NCBI GenBank assembly: GCA_964658305.1
Contig: OZ210885.1
Span: 9,858,001-9,922,000 of the forward strand
From: Leptogorgia sarmentosa
Lineage: Eukaryota
DNA length: 64,000 nt
Reading direction: 5' to 3'
Below are positions 50,021-61,900 of the stretch, piece after piece. A program made the position numbers and the translations under genes. The notes beneath the pieces are model-generated. The model saw only the letters and a list, made by a program, of their open reading frames with translations, was not told the DNA's origin and made no database searches. Position 1 is the stretch's first letter; every line of letters begins with the position of its first letter.

Positions 50021-50171
50021 TTTATTTTATTCGAAAACTTTGAAGGACGTGGAAGACAAACGCCCAGATTGTATTCCATGTGCTGTTCAGTGAGTTAAAA
50101 CTGATAAAATAAAAAAGCTACTGGAAGAGTACTATGTTAGAAAAAACATGCTAGGAATATTTTAGCATGTC

Positions 50172-50244
50172 GCCTCATTAGCTCAGGGGTTAGAGCACTG
50201 GTTTCGTAAACCAGGGGTTCAGAGTTCAATTCTCTGATGAGGCT
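50172..50244 (+). tRNA. tRNA-Thr(CGT)
   Basis: CTGGT-TTCGTAA-ACCAG. Confidence 0.85.
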
Positions 50245-50547
50245 GTGACAATAAGTATCCATCGTGAATAAGAATTCATCCTTTTATTTTTTGTGATTGG
50301 TTACAAGGTATGCAGTTAACTCTCCAGATTGTATAAGTGTGACCAGAAACAAAATTTTTCAAGTGAGTTTATTTCATGAAAACACGTGATAATACGGGGA
50401 ATCAACTTCTTAATTGGATTTATTTTCTGAGTTTCAACAGGGAAGAAGTTGCCTCTTTAGCTCAGGGGTTAGAGCACTGGTCTGGTAAAACAGCAGAGTT
50501 TGAGAATGTGAACACAAGCTGCTTCAAATTGAAATTTTTAGAAAAAA

Positions 50548-50619
50548 TTCCCACGCCGGGAATGGAACCCGGGCCATGGCGGTGAAAACGCCAGATCCTG
50601 ACCACTAGACCACATGGGA
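50548..50619 (-). tRNA. tRNA-Glu(TTC), T-loop variant
   Basis: Glu body. Confidence 0.78.
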
Positions 50620-50709
50620 GTGATAACTTGTTCACTATTCCTGTGTTACAAAGCCAGTTTGTTTCTCGTGTTGCAGTTGAAATTGAAATAAAACAAAATG
50701 AAAATAATC

Positions 50710-50780
50710 TGCGTTAGCGGGGAATCGAACCCCGGTCTCCCGCGTGGCAGGCGAGAATTCTACCACTGAACCACCAACGC
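50710..50780 (-). tRNA. tRNA-Gly(GCC)
   Basis: CTCGC-CTGCCAC-GCGGG; intact. Confidence 0.9.
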
Positions 50781-51038
50781 AAAGTTGCTCAATTCTTTCC
50801 TTATAATGTTCATATAAGAAGCTTGGCGTTGACTTTCATAACTTTTGCAATTCTTCACTAATTCACTTCATGTTGCAAAATTATTAAAATAGCAATTATT
50901 TTCCTTCTTTTCTTTGACAAACGATTACTTCCTGACTTTAGAAGAAACATATTTCAGCTAAGAGGATTGACAAGTTGCCCTTACCAAGTTTTCTACTTTC
51001 TCAAATTTATATATATAATTTATACAGTGATATATTTG

Positions 51039-51111
51039 AGCCCCATCAGAGATTCGAACTCTGGACCCCTGGTTTACAAGACCAGTGCTCTAACCACTGA
51101 GCTAATGAGGC
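51039..51111 (-). tRNA. tRNA-Thr(TGT)
   Basis: CTGGT-CTTGTAA-ACCAG; intact. Confidence 0.9.
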
Positions 51112-51313
51112 AACTTGTTTCGGTCTTTAAATTCATAATATAAATTTATTTACCAAAATAATTTGCCTTATGCTGATGTCTATTTCATTAAAAAAAATTC
51201 TTCTAAAAATTGGCTTCTACTCACACTTCATAATATCGCAAGAATTCCCTTTACTTCTGAATGTATCATAACACGATTTAGGAAAACTTATGTTTATCGA
51301 CATTTATCCGCAA

Positions 51314-51389
51314 AGCCTCATCACAGATTTGAACTCTGGACTCCTGGTTTACGAAACCAGTGCTCTATACCCCTGAGTTAATATGAGGC
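51314..51389 (-). pseudogene. tRNA-Thr(CGT), degenerate with small insertions
   Basis: Aligns to the 50172 copy. Confidence 0.65.
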
Positions 51390-51440
51390 AACCTGCAAGT
51401 GAAATCTTCTTAAGATGCTTTATCGTACATAGGACTCTTT

Positions 51441-51965
51441 CAGTGGCGCCGGCAAGGGGGGGCATCTGCCCCCCCCCCCAATGTTTTCCAAATAGTAGTC
51501 TTCGTTGTTATAATGAAAAAAAATGAAAGTGGAAAAGCACAATTATCCAGTGGCGTAGGAAGCCGCGACGGGGTGCAGGGGGGGCGAAATATCTTTCGCC
51601 CCCCCCCTCCCCCAATTAAGAGCTGGACCAGCTGTTGTATTTGGTTTGTAAACTGTGCGATTAGTTCGCAAGCTGTGGTTGTACTACATCTAAGACCTCT
51701 ATACTTTATTCTGAGTGTTAAGGCTTTGGTTAACACTCTGAAATGGCCGTTTCCGGCGATCTAGAGGCTCTAAATTCTCAAAATTTTCTCGCTCGACGCC
51801 AACCATGGTGGCGTCTCGTGAGACTCGGCCCCCACCCATTTTAATGACATACCTACGCCACTGCAATTATCCGTCATGTAAGTGATCCTTTATATCAAAA
51901 CTTTGCTTGTCTATTGCGTAATGGAGTCATTGCCCCCCCAAAAAAAAATCCTGCCGGCGCCACTG
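51441..51965. mobile_element. hAT-type MITE (outer)
   Basis: TIR CAGTGGCGCCGGCA / TGCCGGCGCCACTG; 8-bp TSD GACTCTTT. Confidence 0.93.
51548..51863. mobile_element. hAT-type MITE (inner, nested)
   Basis: TIR CAGTGGCGTAGG / CCTACGCCACTG; 8-bp TSD CAATTATC. Confidence 0.93.
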
Positions 51966-52075
51966 GACTCTTTGATTAGCTTTTTTATTTGACCAGTTTT
52001 AACATTTTGGGTACCTTATGCAATGTATTCGCGGCGTTTGTCTTCACTGTGCTTCAAAGAAATCGAGAAAAATAG

Positions 52076-52160
52076 AGCCTCATCAGAGATTTTAACTCTG
52101 GACCCCTGGTTTACCAGCTGTTGTACGAGACCAGTGCTCTAACCCCTGAGCTAATGAGGC
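52076..52160 (-). tRNA. tRNA-Thr(CGT) with a 12-nt insertion just 3' of the anticodon; probably a pseudogene
   Basis: CTGGT-CT-CGT-A-[CAACAGCTGGTA]-A-ACCAG; T-loop mutated to TTAAAAT. Confidence 0.65.
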
Positions 52161-52516
52161 ACGTTGTCAACTCCCTGTTGCTTTCACAAGCTTGCCGTTG
52201 AATTTTATTACCTAACTTACATTTACTATTCTTCACTAATTCAGTTCGTATTGCAAAATGATTAAAATTGAAATTATGTCCTTGTTTTCTTTCTTTGACA
52301 AACGATTACTTCCTGACTTTAGAAGAAGGATATTTCAATTAAGTGGAATTGACGAGTCCCCGTTTCAAATTCTTTCTTCTTTCCCAGAACAAATAGCTCG
52401 ATTTTTTCACTTCAAGATCAAGCACTTCTGGCCACGCTGTCTCTCGAAATTTTCTTCCAAATTCAAATTAAAAATATTATCGTTATTTTCACATTCCGAG
52501 AAAAGGTAAATGTTTC

Positions 52517-52588
52517 TCCCATGTGGTCCAGCGGTCAGGATCTGGCGCTCTCACCGCCATGGCCTGGGTTCGATTCCCGGCATGGGTA
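52517..52588 (+). tRNA. tRNA-Glu(CTC), variant
   Basis: TGGCG-CTCTCAC-CGCCA. Confidence 0.78.
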
Positions 52589-52872
52589 TAATACTTGCGA
52601 GAGAAGGAAAAAAATATGCAATTCGAGAAATTAGCAAAACCGTTGCTATTATACTGGCTCTATCCCTCCTACCCATTCTTTTGGTGTTTTCTGTATTTAA
52701 GTCTTTGTTGACATGATCTTGCTTTTCCACAAAAAAAATTGATTTTGCTGATCATGTTTAAAGTGTAACAATTTCCTAGAACTTACTCTGATTTATTATT
52801 TGAAGGTGTTTGGTGGAAATGTTCGGCATCTTGTGGAATATGAACATTATAACGTAAGAACTGGGAGACTTT

Positions 52873-52943
52873 GCGTTGGTGGTTCAGTGGTAGAATTCTC
52901 GCCTGCCACGCGGGAGACCGGGGTTCGATTCCTCGCTAACGCA
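52873..52943 (+). tRNA. tRNA-Gly(GCC)
   Basis: Intact cloverleaf with one G-U pair in the T-stem. Confidence 0.88.
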
Positions 52944-53033
52944 GGTTATTTTCATTTTGTTGCGTTTCAATTTCAACTGCAACACGAGAAACAAACTGGG
53001 TTTGTAACACAGGAATAGTGAACCAGTTATCAC

Positions 53034-53105
53034 TCCCATGTGGTCTAGTGGTTAGGATCTGGCGTTTTCACCGCCATGGCCCGGGTTCGATTCCCGGCGT
53101 GGCAA
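53034..53105 (+). tRNA. tRNA-Glu(TTC), acceptor mismatch
   Basis: Glu body. Confidence 0.8.
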
Positions 53106-53191
53106 TTTTTTCTGAAAATTTCAATTTGAAACAGATTGTGTTCACATTTTCAAATTCGTTCTCTGAAACCAAACCATTTTAACAATGCTAC

Positions 53192-53264
53192 AACCTTGTG
53201 GCGCAATTGGTAGCGCGTCTGACTCCAGATCAGAAGGTTAAGTGTTCAATTCACTTCAAGTTCA
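53192..53264 (+). tRNA. tRNA-Trp(CCA), acceptor mismatches
   Basis: TCTGA-CTCCAGA-TCAGA. Confidence 0.75.
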
Positions 53265-53771
53265 AGCACTTCTGGCCATGCTGCCATAACAGAGGAAAGT
53301 AAAATTAATACTTTCTGATATCATCCTCTTTTAGCTAAAACGTTTCATACCCACAAACTATTTGTTTGTGCGTATCGAGTTTTTTCATTGGTTTTTGAAT
53401 TCTTCATTTTTAATTTTCATAATTTTATTGGGGAAATGAACTTTTAACAGAATATCCCTTTAGTAATTAATTTTACAAGCTCTCCTTCGCATTAATTTTG
53501 TTTTTGGATCAATTTGTTTCAATTAACTCTGCATTAAAAAAGGAGCATCCTTTAAAAAAAGCATTTTAAAAATATTTGGATTCAGAGTCCAAAATGCAAA
53601 CCATTACACCACAGAACCTTAACACGTTAATGTCAAATTTCCGATTTGTTTAACGTTTCTTCCATTCTTTGATACCGAAAGACATCTCTTTAAACGATGT
53701 AGGTGTTTATTAAAGATATTTTATATTTTCACGACGTCAAGGGTAGCGTGGCCGAGTGGTCGAAGGCGCTG

Positions 53772-54223
53772 TACCGAAGCGCAGTCCGAGCCTCCTTCTG
53801 ATCTCTGTGTGTGACTGCTGTCTACCATTTCCTCTCTCACGCACGGGTCGTGAAAGAGTGCTACCCGGCAACTAGGTGAGCGAGCGCATGAAAAAATCAG
53901 TGAAGAGAAAGTTCACCGGCAAAGTCGTCTCCCTGGAGATAAAACAATCACGTTGGTTTCAACCAGTGATGTTTGTTCAGAGCATTAAGATTATCACTAA
54001 AAAACGTTTTAAAAAATAAAGACAATAAGATTGTTATAAAACTACTCTTTTGTTGTAGCATCTGTGAAGCGATGTATATTTTTAGTTGATTGAGCCATTC
54101 CATGAAAGAACAAAGCTAGTGATAAAAACTTTGAAGACGTAAAATCAGGCATGCGCTATAAACTGAAAATTGAATATTACCTTCCGGGTGGCCGCGTCCC
54201 GTAATCTTAAGCTCGCTTTTCTC
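53772..54223 (-). mobile_element. Inverted copy of the 28157-28627 repeat, abutting a truncated tRNA-Leu (53742-53770)
   Basis: Reverse-complement match. Confidence 0.85.
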
Positions 54224-54345
54224 TGTTTACTCTTGTTCAATCATGGATATAATTACAACTTTTTTCATATTTGGTTCAAAGGCTTCAGCTTGTGAAATTT
54301 ATATCAGCTCAATCAACCCCAACTTTTATGAACAACGAAATCAGT

Positions 54346-54413
54346 TGGCAACGGTGGGTTTGGAACCAACGTCATCAAAATTACTGGTGCCTGAAACCAG
54401 CGCCTTAGACCAC
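54346..54413 (-). pseudogene. tRNA-Leu(CAG), degenerate and 5'-truncated
   Basis: CTGGT-TTCAGGC-ACCAG. Confidence 0.6.
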
Positions 54414-54553
54414 TACATATGAGCTTTTTTAAATGGAGTTTTTTTACTTTGGAATTTTTCAGTAAACGGACAGAAAAATATCCTTGGTGATATCGAATTT
54501 GGATAAATAGATCAGCTTTGAAAGGAAATGTCCTCATTTTTTTGTAAAATTGT

Positions 54554-54677
54554 TGTCAGGAGTGGGATTCGAACCCACGACCACATGTGTGGACCAGAAC
54601 GCCCTATTATATCAAGGTTGATCGTGACAAGTTTTTGCACTTGAGTCTGGCGCCTTAGACCGCTCGGCCATCCTGAC
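54554..54677 (-). tRNA. tRNA-Leu(CAA) with 40-nt intron
   Basis: Near-identical to the 37926 copy. Confidence 0.9.
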
Positions 54678-55575
54678 ACGCATGAAAACATGGAATTTCC
54701 TACCACATTTATTCTTTGCTACCTTCAACATGCCACATCTCGTTCTGATTTTCTCTCGAGAACTGACGAGAGTCGAATACGTGACGGAGGTACACATTAT
54801 TTTATTGGAATTTTTTCAATCAATCCCAGTTATGGCCGGCCCCTCAACCTCACAATTTGCCAAGTGTACTTCTGGTTTGAATATCTCTGCGAGTATTGGA
54901 GCTTTTTTACCGCACAATACATCATTCAAAAGCTTATAATACCGGCTATCGATTGGAAATGGTTAATTTCACTTCTGTTATGCCAATGTCACAAAAATTG
55001 CAACATTCGGCATAAATCATGCCAAAAACTGTTGCAATTTTTTTTACATTTTGCTTAGTTATGCCAAAACAGTGCAAAATGTCAACTTCATCAATATTAT
55101 GAAAATTTAGCATAGTCTATGTAGCATATGTGTGCCAAGTCTTATAATAATTGGCAAAAAGGAAGTATGTTTTTTTATTGTTTGAAATTCACCCTCCAAA
55201 AGTAGCGAAGTCTTGTCTAGTGTTCCTGTTCCATGTGCATGGCACAAATTTTGCCGCAAATCAATGAAATTCAAGCTTCTGGAGCATTACATCATTCCGA
55301 ATCGTTTTCCGAGGCCTTTAGGTCCGTAAGGTGAAAGTATCCTACGATTTCGCGCCCCCAAAGAATGCCGACGGGTTACGACTTCGTCGCGACGCACGTG
55401 ATCACCACTCACCAACACTCTCAGCGCTAAATTGATTGGCTAAAAAGCTTCAACAACTGTGCGAATTAAACATTACCTATTACACAGGTGTGTAATTAAT
55501 TTTTCAAATACCTCGGCTTCGAGCGTAGATGTCAATGTTTAGTTGAATAACGTGAAACCTGTTGGTTGCAGCAAC

Positions 55576-55660
55576 GTAGTCGTGGCCGAGCGATTAAGGC
55601 GACAGACTAGAAATCTGTTGGGAGTAGTTTGCCGCGCAGGTTCAAATCCTGCCGACGACG
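55576..55660 (+). pseudogene. tRNA-Ser(AGA), degenerate
   Basis: Variable-arm insertion and acceptor mismatch. Confidence 0.68.
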
Positions 55661-55872
55661 CTTTGCAAAGCCTCGAATGTAAACATGATTTTTTGGGGAA
55701 AAAACTTGATGAGAAGAGATTCTGTTCTCGGTGGTGGTGGCGATGAGTGTTTAAAGTGACAGATTCGAGATGATTTTGTATTTGAATGTAAAATTGAAAA
55801 AAAGAGGTCCGTGAATTGATTATAGCTGCGTTGGAAATAATATGTACATAGTTAACCTACCAGGTCCACCCA

Positions 55873-55944
55873 GAGAGTGTAGCTCAGTGGTAGAGCATTC
55901 GACTGCAGATCGAGAGGTCGGTGGTTCAAACACGCCCGCTCCTT
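55873..55944 (+). tRNA. tRNA-Cys(GCA), degenerate
   Basis: Cys body with T-arm mismatches. Confidence 0.65.
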
Positions 55945-56122
55945 CTTATCATACATATAAACTGGAAACCTTTCAAATTCATGGGAAAGAATGCAACCCA
56001 AAGGGTTAAGGTGCATATACTACCATTCGTGTTAAATATATCCCCCAATGCTTGAATACGATTAGTCCTTCTGTTAAGTAGTAAAATATTTTGTTCGAGT
56101 TTACGGGCAGCTGATCTCTCGG

Positions 56123-56390
56123 ACCCGAAGCGAGAATCATACCACTAGACCAGCAAGCTATTGATGGCATCAAAATGTTCTCTAATGTACTTTGTACTGA
56201 CGACGAAAAATATGGCATTAATTAATGTAATATCTCAGCCGTTCCAAAGTCGCCGTTATCGTATAGTGGTTAGTACATTGCGTTGTGGCCACAAATATCC
56301 ATTATTTTTATATTTTTATAAGGTTTTCAATGGAGTCGGTCTCTGTGGCGCAATCGCTTAGCGCGTTCGAGTCCAACCAGGGACGTGTTT
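56123..56390. pseudogene. Remnants of tRNA-Pro(CGG), His and Asn from a collapsed Pro-His-Asn module
   Basis: Partial bodies in the same order and flanks as 46252-46746. Confidence 0.65.
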
Positions 56391-57132
56391 GGTGTGTTCA
56401 GACGTCGTGATGGTAAATGGGATTTTATGCGCGAGGTTTTGATGTTATTAAGTGTAACTGAACGAAATTTTACTTTAATGATTGCTATTCTTCGAAAAAG
56501 TATAGAATTTATAATTACCAATTCATATTTTATTTGTGCCGTTTTTCACCTGGCAATACAGGTTCTTCAACATTGGGCGAGATATTCAACTCAGCCCGAG
56601 ATTGTCCTGATGTTGTTGATAAATTAGCTGGAGCAAAAGATGGATCTTGCTGGATCCTTCGGAAGAACCCACAAGGTACAAGCTCATGCTTCCGAAGCTG
56701 AAATCTGCATAATGAATCTTGCAAATAGTTTTCAAAATTATTTTAATCAGGTTTGGTGTTATATTCATACAGACCAAGGTGGATTAATTTGTGTTAGTTG
56801 GAATGAAGAATAGTCCAGTAAGTTCGACAGTCCCATCCGATTCGTCCCCGATTGTCCCACAAGGACCGCCACACTGGTCAAGTGTTTTGGGCGATATCAC
56901 AGATCTTGATTTTAGAGTCCAGGTCTCAACAAACAAAAGTTTTGATGGCACAAGATCAGGCTGGTAAGAATACACAAACTAATAATTTCTTGTTAACCAT
57001 GCGCAAAGTCAGCACCGAGCTCGTCTTTTGTACCGACAGTGCACGTAATGCGAGTTATAACAGGAAAATGATTATCTCATACGAACATATGATTGAAACT
57101 TTAACACTTTCTATCATATCAGCAACTTTCCA

Positions 57133-57315
57133 ATAAAGAATACCGAATGGTTTTCCGTGCAGGATTGCGTCATCCATGCACGTGGGATGTGGCGACTTTT
57201 GGAAAGCGTAAAAAATCACGAGCCGCAGGCGAGTCACTTTCCGAAACTCAAGCCACATCCCAAGTGTATGGATAACGCTATCCTGCACGGAAAAATCATT
57301 TGGTAATTGTTTTAT
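57133..57315. repeat. Long imperfect palindrome of a dispersed repeat
   Basis: TTTTCCGTGCAGGAT..TGGGATGTGGC pairs with GCCACATCCCA..ATCCTGCACGGAAAA. Confidence 0.8.
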
Positions 57316-58495
57316 AAAATAACTCAGTGAAACAATGGAAAACGTTAATTTCTTTTTCATAAATACGAAAACCCTTGTTTGTTGTTTTCGATAGCAATTT
57401 GTGTTAATGTCAAATTTTCGTATTTTACTTTTATTTTATTGCCGACATTTTAAAAATCCCGTGACTCGTGAGCATTATGCTCGTGAGCAAGAATTCAGAA
57501 TTTTCCAAGCAGGATACTGTGCAGGCTTGTCTGATCCTGCAGGACTATTGACCAATCAAATTGCTTGTTTCACTGTAGTTATTATGTAACAGCCTTTCAC
57601 GGCCGAAAACAATTTACTCGATAAAGTGACGTTATAACGTGGTCAATAAGAGCAGAACTGAATCATTAGACACTCGAAATATTTTCTTGTCAACAGAGAT
57701 AACTTTTCCCATATCAAGATCCCTTAAGGCCCGTGCACACGAGCGAGTTTTTGCTGGGATTTTCTCCTTCTGATGGATGTGAACGAGTGGATTAACAAGG
57801 AATGTGCTGAGTGCGTGCTTTCTCACCTGAACAATTTGTGACTGATCTACTCGTTCACATCCGTCAAAAGGAGAAAATCGCACAAGAAATCGCAGCGAAA
57901 TCGCTCCGGCCTTTAGTCTGCGAACAAACTTATAAGGATCGATGGTCCAATGTTGTATCTGTAAAACAATGCTGATATGAAAAGATTTTAGAAAATACGA
58001 CTAGGAGATAATGACGTCTGAAGTTCAGTAAGGTTTGCTGATAATGGGGTAAATGTGACACCATTGCAAACATCATTGGTAATTTTACTTTTATTGACAA
58101 ATATTCTATAATAATTCCATAGTCATGTAAACCAGCAAATACAACTAAAAACTTACAATAAAGTTAAAACAAAATCATTTTCAAATATACAGTTGCCTCT
58201 TATGTTAATTAGGCGAATTGCTGAACATTTCCAGATATGTTCACCGTTTAACTTATTCAGTGATACTGTCACACAGCTATTTCCTGCTGAAGCCTGGACA
58301 AGTGTATCTTAATTACTGACAGTAGGGATATTGAATAATGAATGAGGTAAAATGTAGGAAACATTGAATCAGAAATGATCTCAGAAAATACGATGCCTGC
58401 GTCTACTATCAAATTAATGACTTTCAAAAATTAAGTAACGCACCGATTCGAATGGTGGTTGTTTTGGTAAAAATAGTCATAGTCGAATATTATTC

Positions 58496-58700
58496 TACAG
58501 GGTGTCCCAAAAAGCCCCAAAACCTTTGAAATTAGCGCATTGTGTGAATTTGAATGCCCCAGCACTAAGCTAATCCCTAAGATCCCGTTTACACGGCACC
58601 GGATCAGTTTGGTCACGACATCAAATTTAATTGTTTCAAGACGAGTGTGGCTCTTAATTAATTCTATGGTAACATTACAGAATTGTGTAAACGGGGTCTA
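58496..58700. mobile_element. Tc1/mariner-like MITE end
   Basis: TA + CAGGGTGTCCCAAAAA terminus; second end not identified. Confidence 0.45.
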
Positions 58701-58972
58701 AGCTAAGCCAATTTTGCAAGCCATTATTTTTGTCTATATTCAAAATTTGGCTTTAATCAATTCGGACGCACATTACAAGTATATCACATTGCCTTTTTAC
58801 GAATTTTTTCGAGTTCAAATTCAAAGGGCTTTCAAATTCCAACAATGCGTCAATTTCAATGGTTTTGGTTTTTTTGAGTCTTTATTTTTATACATAATAT
58901 TTTAGAGTATTTTTCATTTCAGACAATGTTGCAATTTCTCTCAAGTCTTCAACCTTTTGGTTGCAGTTGTTT

Positions 58973-61900
58973 TCAATGCGAGGATAACTTATTAAGACGA
59001 AGGAAGCAGATCCGACCTCCTTCCAGGCCAACACAAACCATTCCATTTGAACCACATGCTATGGACAAAACATCCCGGTCGAAATGAAACTCTTCAACAC
59101 ACTCTCCATTTGGTAGCTTCCACAGTTTCAGCGTCCTGTCAAATTTCGAGCATGACAAAAGTAATTTACCTGCCGGCGCCAATGCCAACGCTCTGATATC
59201 CTCAGTATTTTGAATTGGAAATCTATAGAGAACCTTTCCAGTTAAGAAGTTCTCAATCGCCAAAGAACCACGACCTAAAAGTGTGAATTAAAATTTTTAA
59301 ATCTGTTAAGTTAAGGCAATGTTACGCGAGGCAATTTTTGTGATCACTTTTCGATTGATAGCCATGTTTTATAATTTTATAGTGGCTGTTGCGAACGAAA
59401 GATTTTGATCGCATTGCATACCCAATGTTCTTTTTTTCCCAGGCAATTTTCGGTACAACGTGAGACGTATTTTAAATTGGATGTACAGCCATTTTATCTA
59501 ATCGCCATGTCACGCGAATCAATATTGCCTTCACATGATTTTGGATTGTTAGCCGTGTTATCTAACGGCTACGTTATACAGAATAATTATTTTGCCATTA
59601 CGAACAAATTACATGACGCGCTTCCCCTCACCGACGGGAGAGGTAAAAAATTATACATAACATTAACTAGAAATGAACGCATTCAGCAACACATCGCTTT
59701 AATAACCATGTGTTTTCAGAACATGAAGTATTTGTGGATTGTCTCGGGAAGCACGACAAGTTCTATATTTAATCATCATAAATAAATTCTTTAACACTTT
59801 CAGATTTTTTAACATGCCATGTTTATAAGGAAATACCGGCACTGTAACCTGCGATTTATGTGCACAAATTTCTCAGCAAGTTTCGTGTAAATCACACAGC
59901 TTTGAATCAGACGTTTCTTTGCAAGGGGCGGTATAAACTGTCGTACTATCCAGGGGCAGAGTTTCTGGGGGACGGGGAAATTGTTCACTCCTTCAAAATC
60001 CATCTCCACAATGTCAATGTACTAACAATAAAGTAGCTATAAAATTAACATGTTTCTACGCTTTTTTGTGGCAAATTAACTTAGAAAATCAAACACGCAA
60101 AAATGTTTTATTGATGTTCGATCGACACCCTCACTCCACAATTTTTTGCATCTCTCAGTGAAAAACATGAAAATCCGCCCCTGGTAATAAGGGTGACCGA
60201 TACAGCCGACACAAAATTAAAAACCTATGCAAACTAAACTGAGTAATGCTCAAAATTTCCCCGCGAATAATTGGTAGATAACATAGTTTCACGTCTAACA
60301 GGAGGTGAGGGGTTACCGTGAGATTACGCTTAATCGGTTGAAAGAGGGGTGTCATCTACTGTGCTTCTTGTTAAGACAGGTTTATTGATTTAACATAAAA
60401 GGTCTTGATCCACTGTTTTAATTTTTTTTCGTAACTTTTGATGATTTCGTCACAGAACTCGCCGATGGCTTAGATTATATTCGCATATTTTATGCTTTGA
60501 AAGGTTTTAAATTGCAATAATCTTGCGTACAGTAGCTTGACGTCGCGTGCTTTGTTGCATGAATCTTAGACGGGAATTTTGCTAGCAGCGCTAGAGACAG
60601 AGCAAATTTCGTTCCTAGTTAATATGTTTCTTTGATAACGACCGAAGGAATAAAGCGAACGAATAGGTGAGCTAGAAAAAATCGTTGTCATACCACGAAT
60701 AAAATTTTGGACCTTCGTTTTGTATTGTATGTTCAGGCAGTTTCTACCAGTGTAACATGCACGGTTTTTGTTTTACAACTCTTGATGAATTTGAGTAGAA
60801 TTTCCAACAGGTTTTTGATCGCACAACAAATTTTTCTTAAACAGCTGGCTCAGAAACTGTCGGAAAAAGATAACGAGCTATATTCAATTGTCATGGCATG
60901 GTTGAGAACCAGAATTTCCTTTGAAATCTTAAGATGTGTGCACGCGAGCGTCAGAGGGACTAGATCACCTTTCTATACAAAAGAAGTTGAAGTTGTTCAC
61001 GATTTTGGACCAAACGCCAAGACTGCTGGAGTCGTTTAGGACACGATAGTCCTAATTTTTTAAAAAATTTTTAGTTACTAAAACTTTACACTTAACAAAT
61101 AAGCCATTGTAAATATAGTAGTTTTTTTTTTAATGTTAATAAAAATTTTTACCTTTTTTTCAAAAAAAAAAAAGAAAAAAAAAGGGTCTATCAAGCTAAT
61201 AGAGAAGCTAAGATATCCGGGTTCCGGTTTACGGCTACGGCTGCATTTCCCGTTCCAGTACCCGTAAACCTGAACCGGGGTATCGTCACCTCTCAAATAA
61301 CCACAGCTGGCCCAGGTTGCTCGCGCCCTCCTGAAAATCACTAAAAATAATAGGATGGAGACATTGCGACCAGACGAGGCATATATCACACAAACTATCC
61401 TCGATTTTTCGCATTTAAATGTATCTCTTTCCAAATTAATCGATATTCCCAGCAAGAAGGATCCCGTGTAAATATCAAAATAATGATGCTTTTATCAAAT
61501 AGCGTAAATTCGCTCTAAAATTCTCGAAGGAATGACAAAATTCGGCCAATATATATCCGCGTACCCACTTTGCTGTGCGATAAACCGGACGTCGTTGAGC
61601 TACTCATTAAATTCAAACCTGATTGGGCCGCGAATATTAAACAATTATTGAATGAGGCCGAGTAGGATATGAGGAATTATTCAGGCCGAGGTTTGTGTTA
61701 TACAAACCGAGGCCTGAATAATTCCCATATCCTACGAGGACCAAATTCAATAATTGTTTTATTATTTATTTGTATATAGCGCTTGCAAAAACACGCAATT
61801 GCAAGGTACTGGAAATAGAACAATAATATAGTGTTCGCAAGACTGAATAAGCCAATCAGACTACAAGAGAAAATGTTCTTATAGCTGTTGTACATTTCAA

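Larger units (their letters stand above)
29746..56390. other. Large shuffled tRNA gene/pseudogene array (Leu, Gln, Glu, Trp, Gly, Cys, Ser, Val, Asn, His, Pro, Thr)
   Basis: About 60 recognisable tRNA bodies or fragments on both strands with conserved repeated flanks. Confidence 0.95.

Noticed and set aside
30422..56627. Numerous 60-90 aa ORFs in the tRNA array
   Set aside because: They are translations of tRNA bodies and spacers; only the two Harbinger genes are credible.
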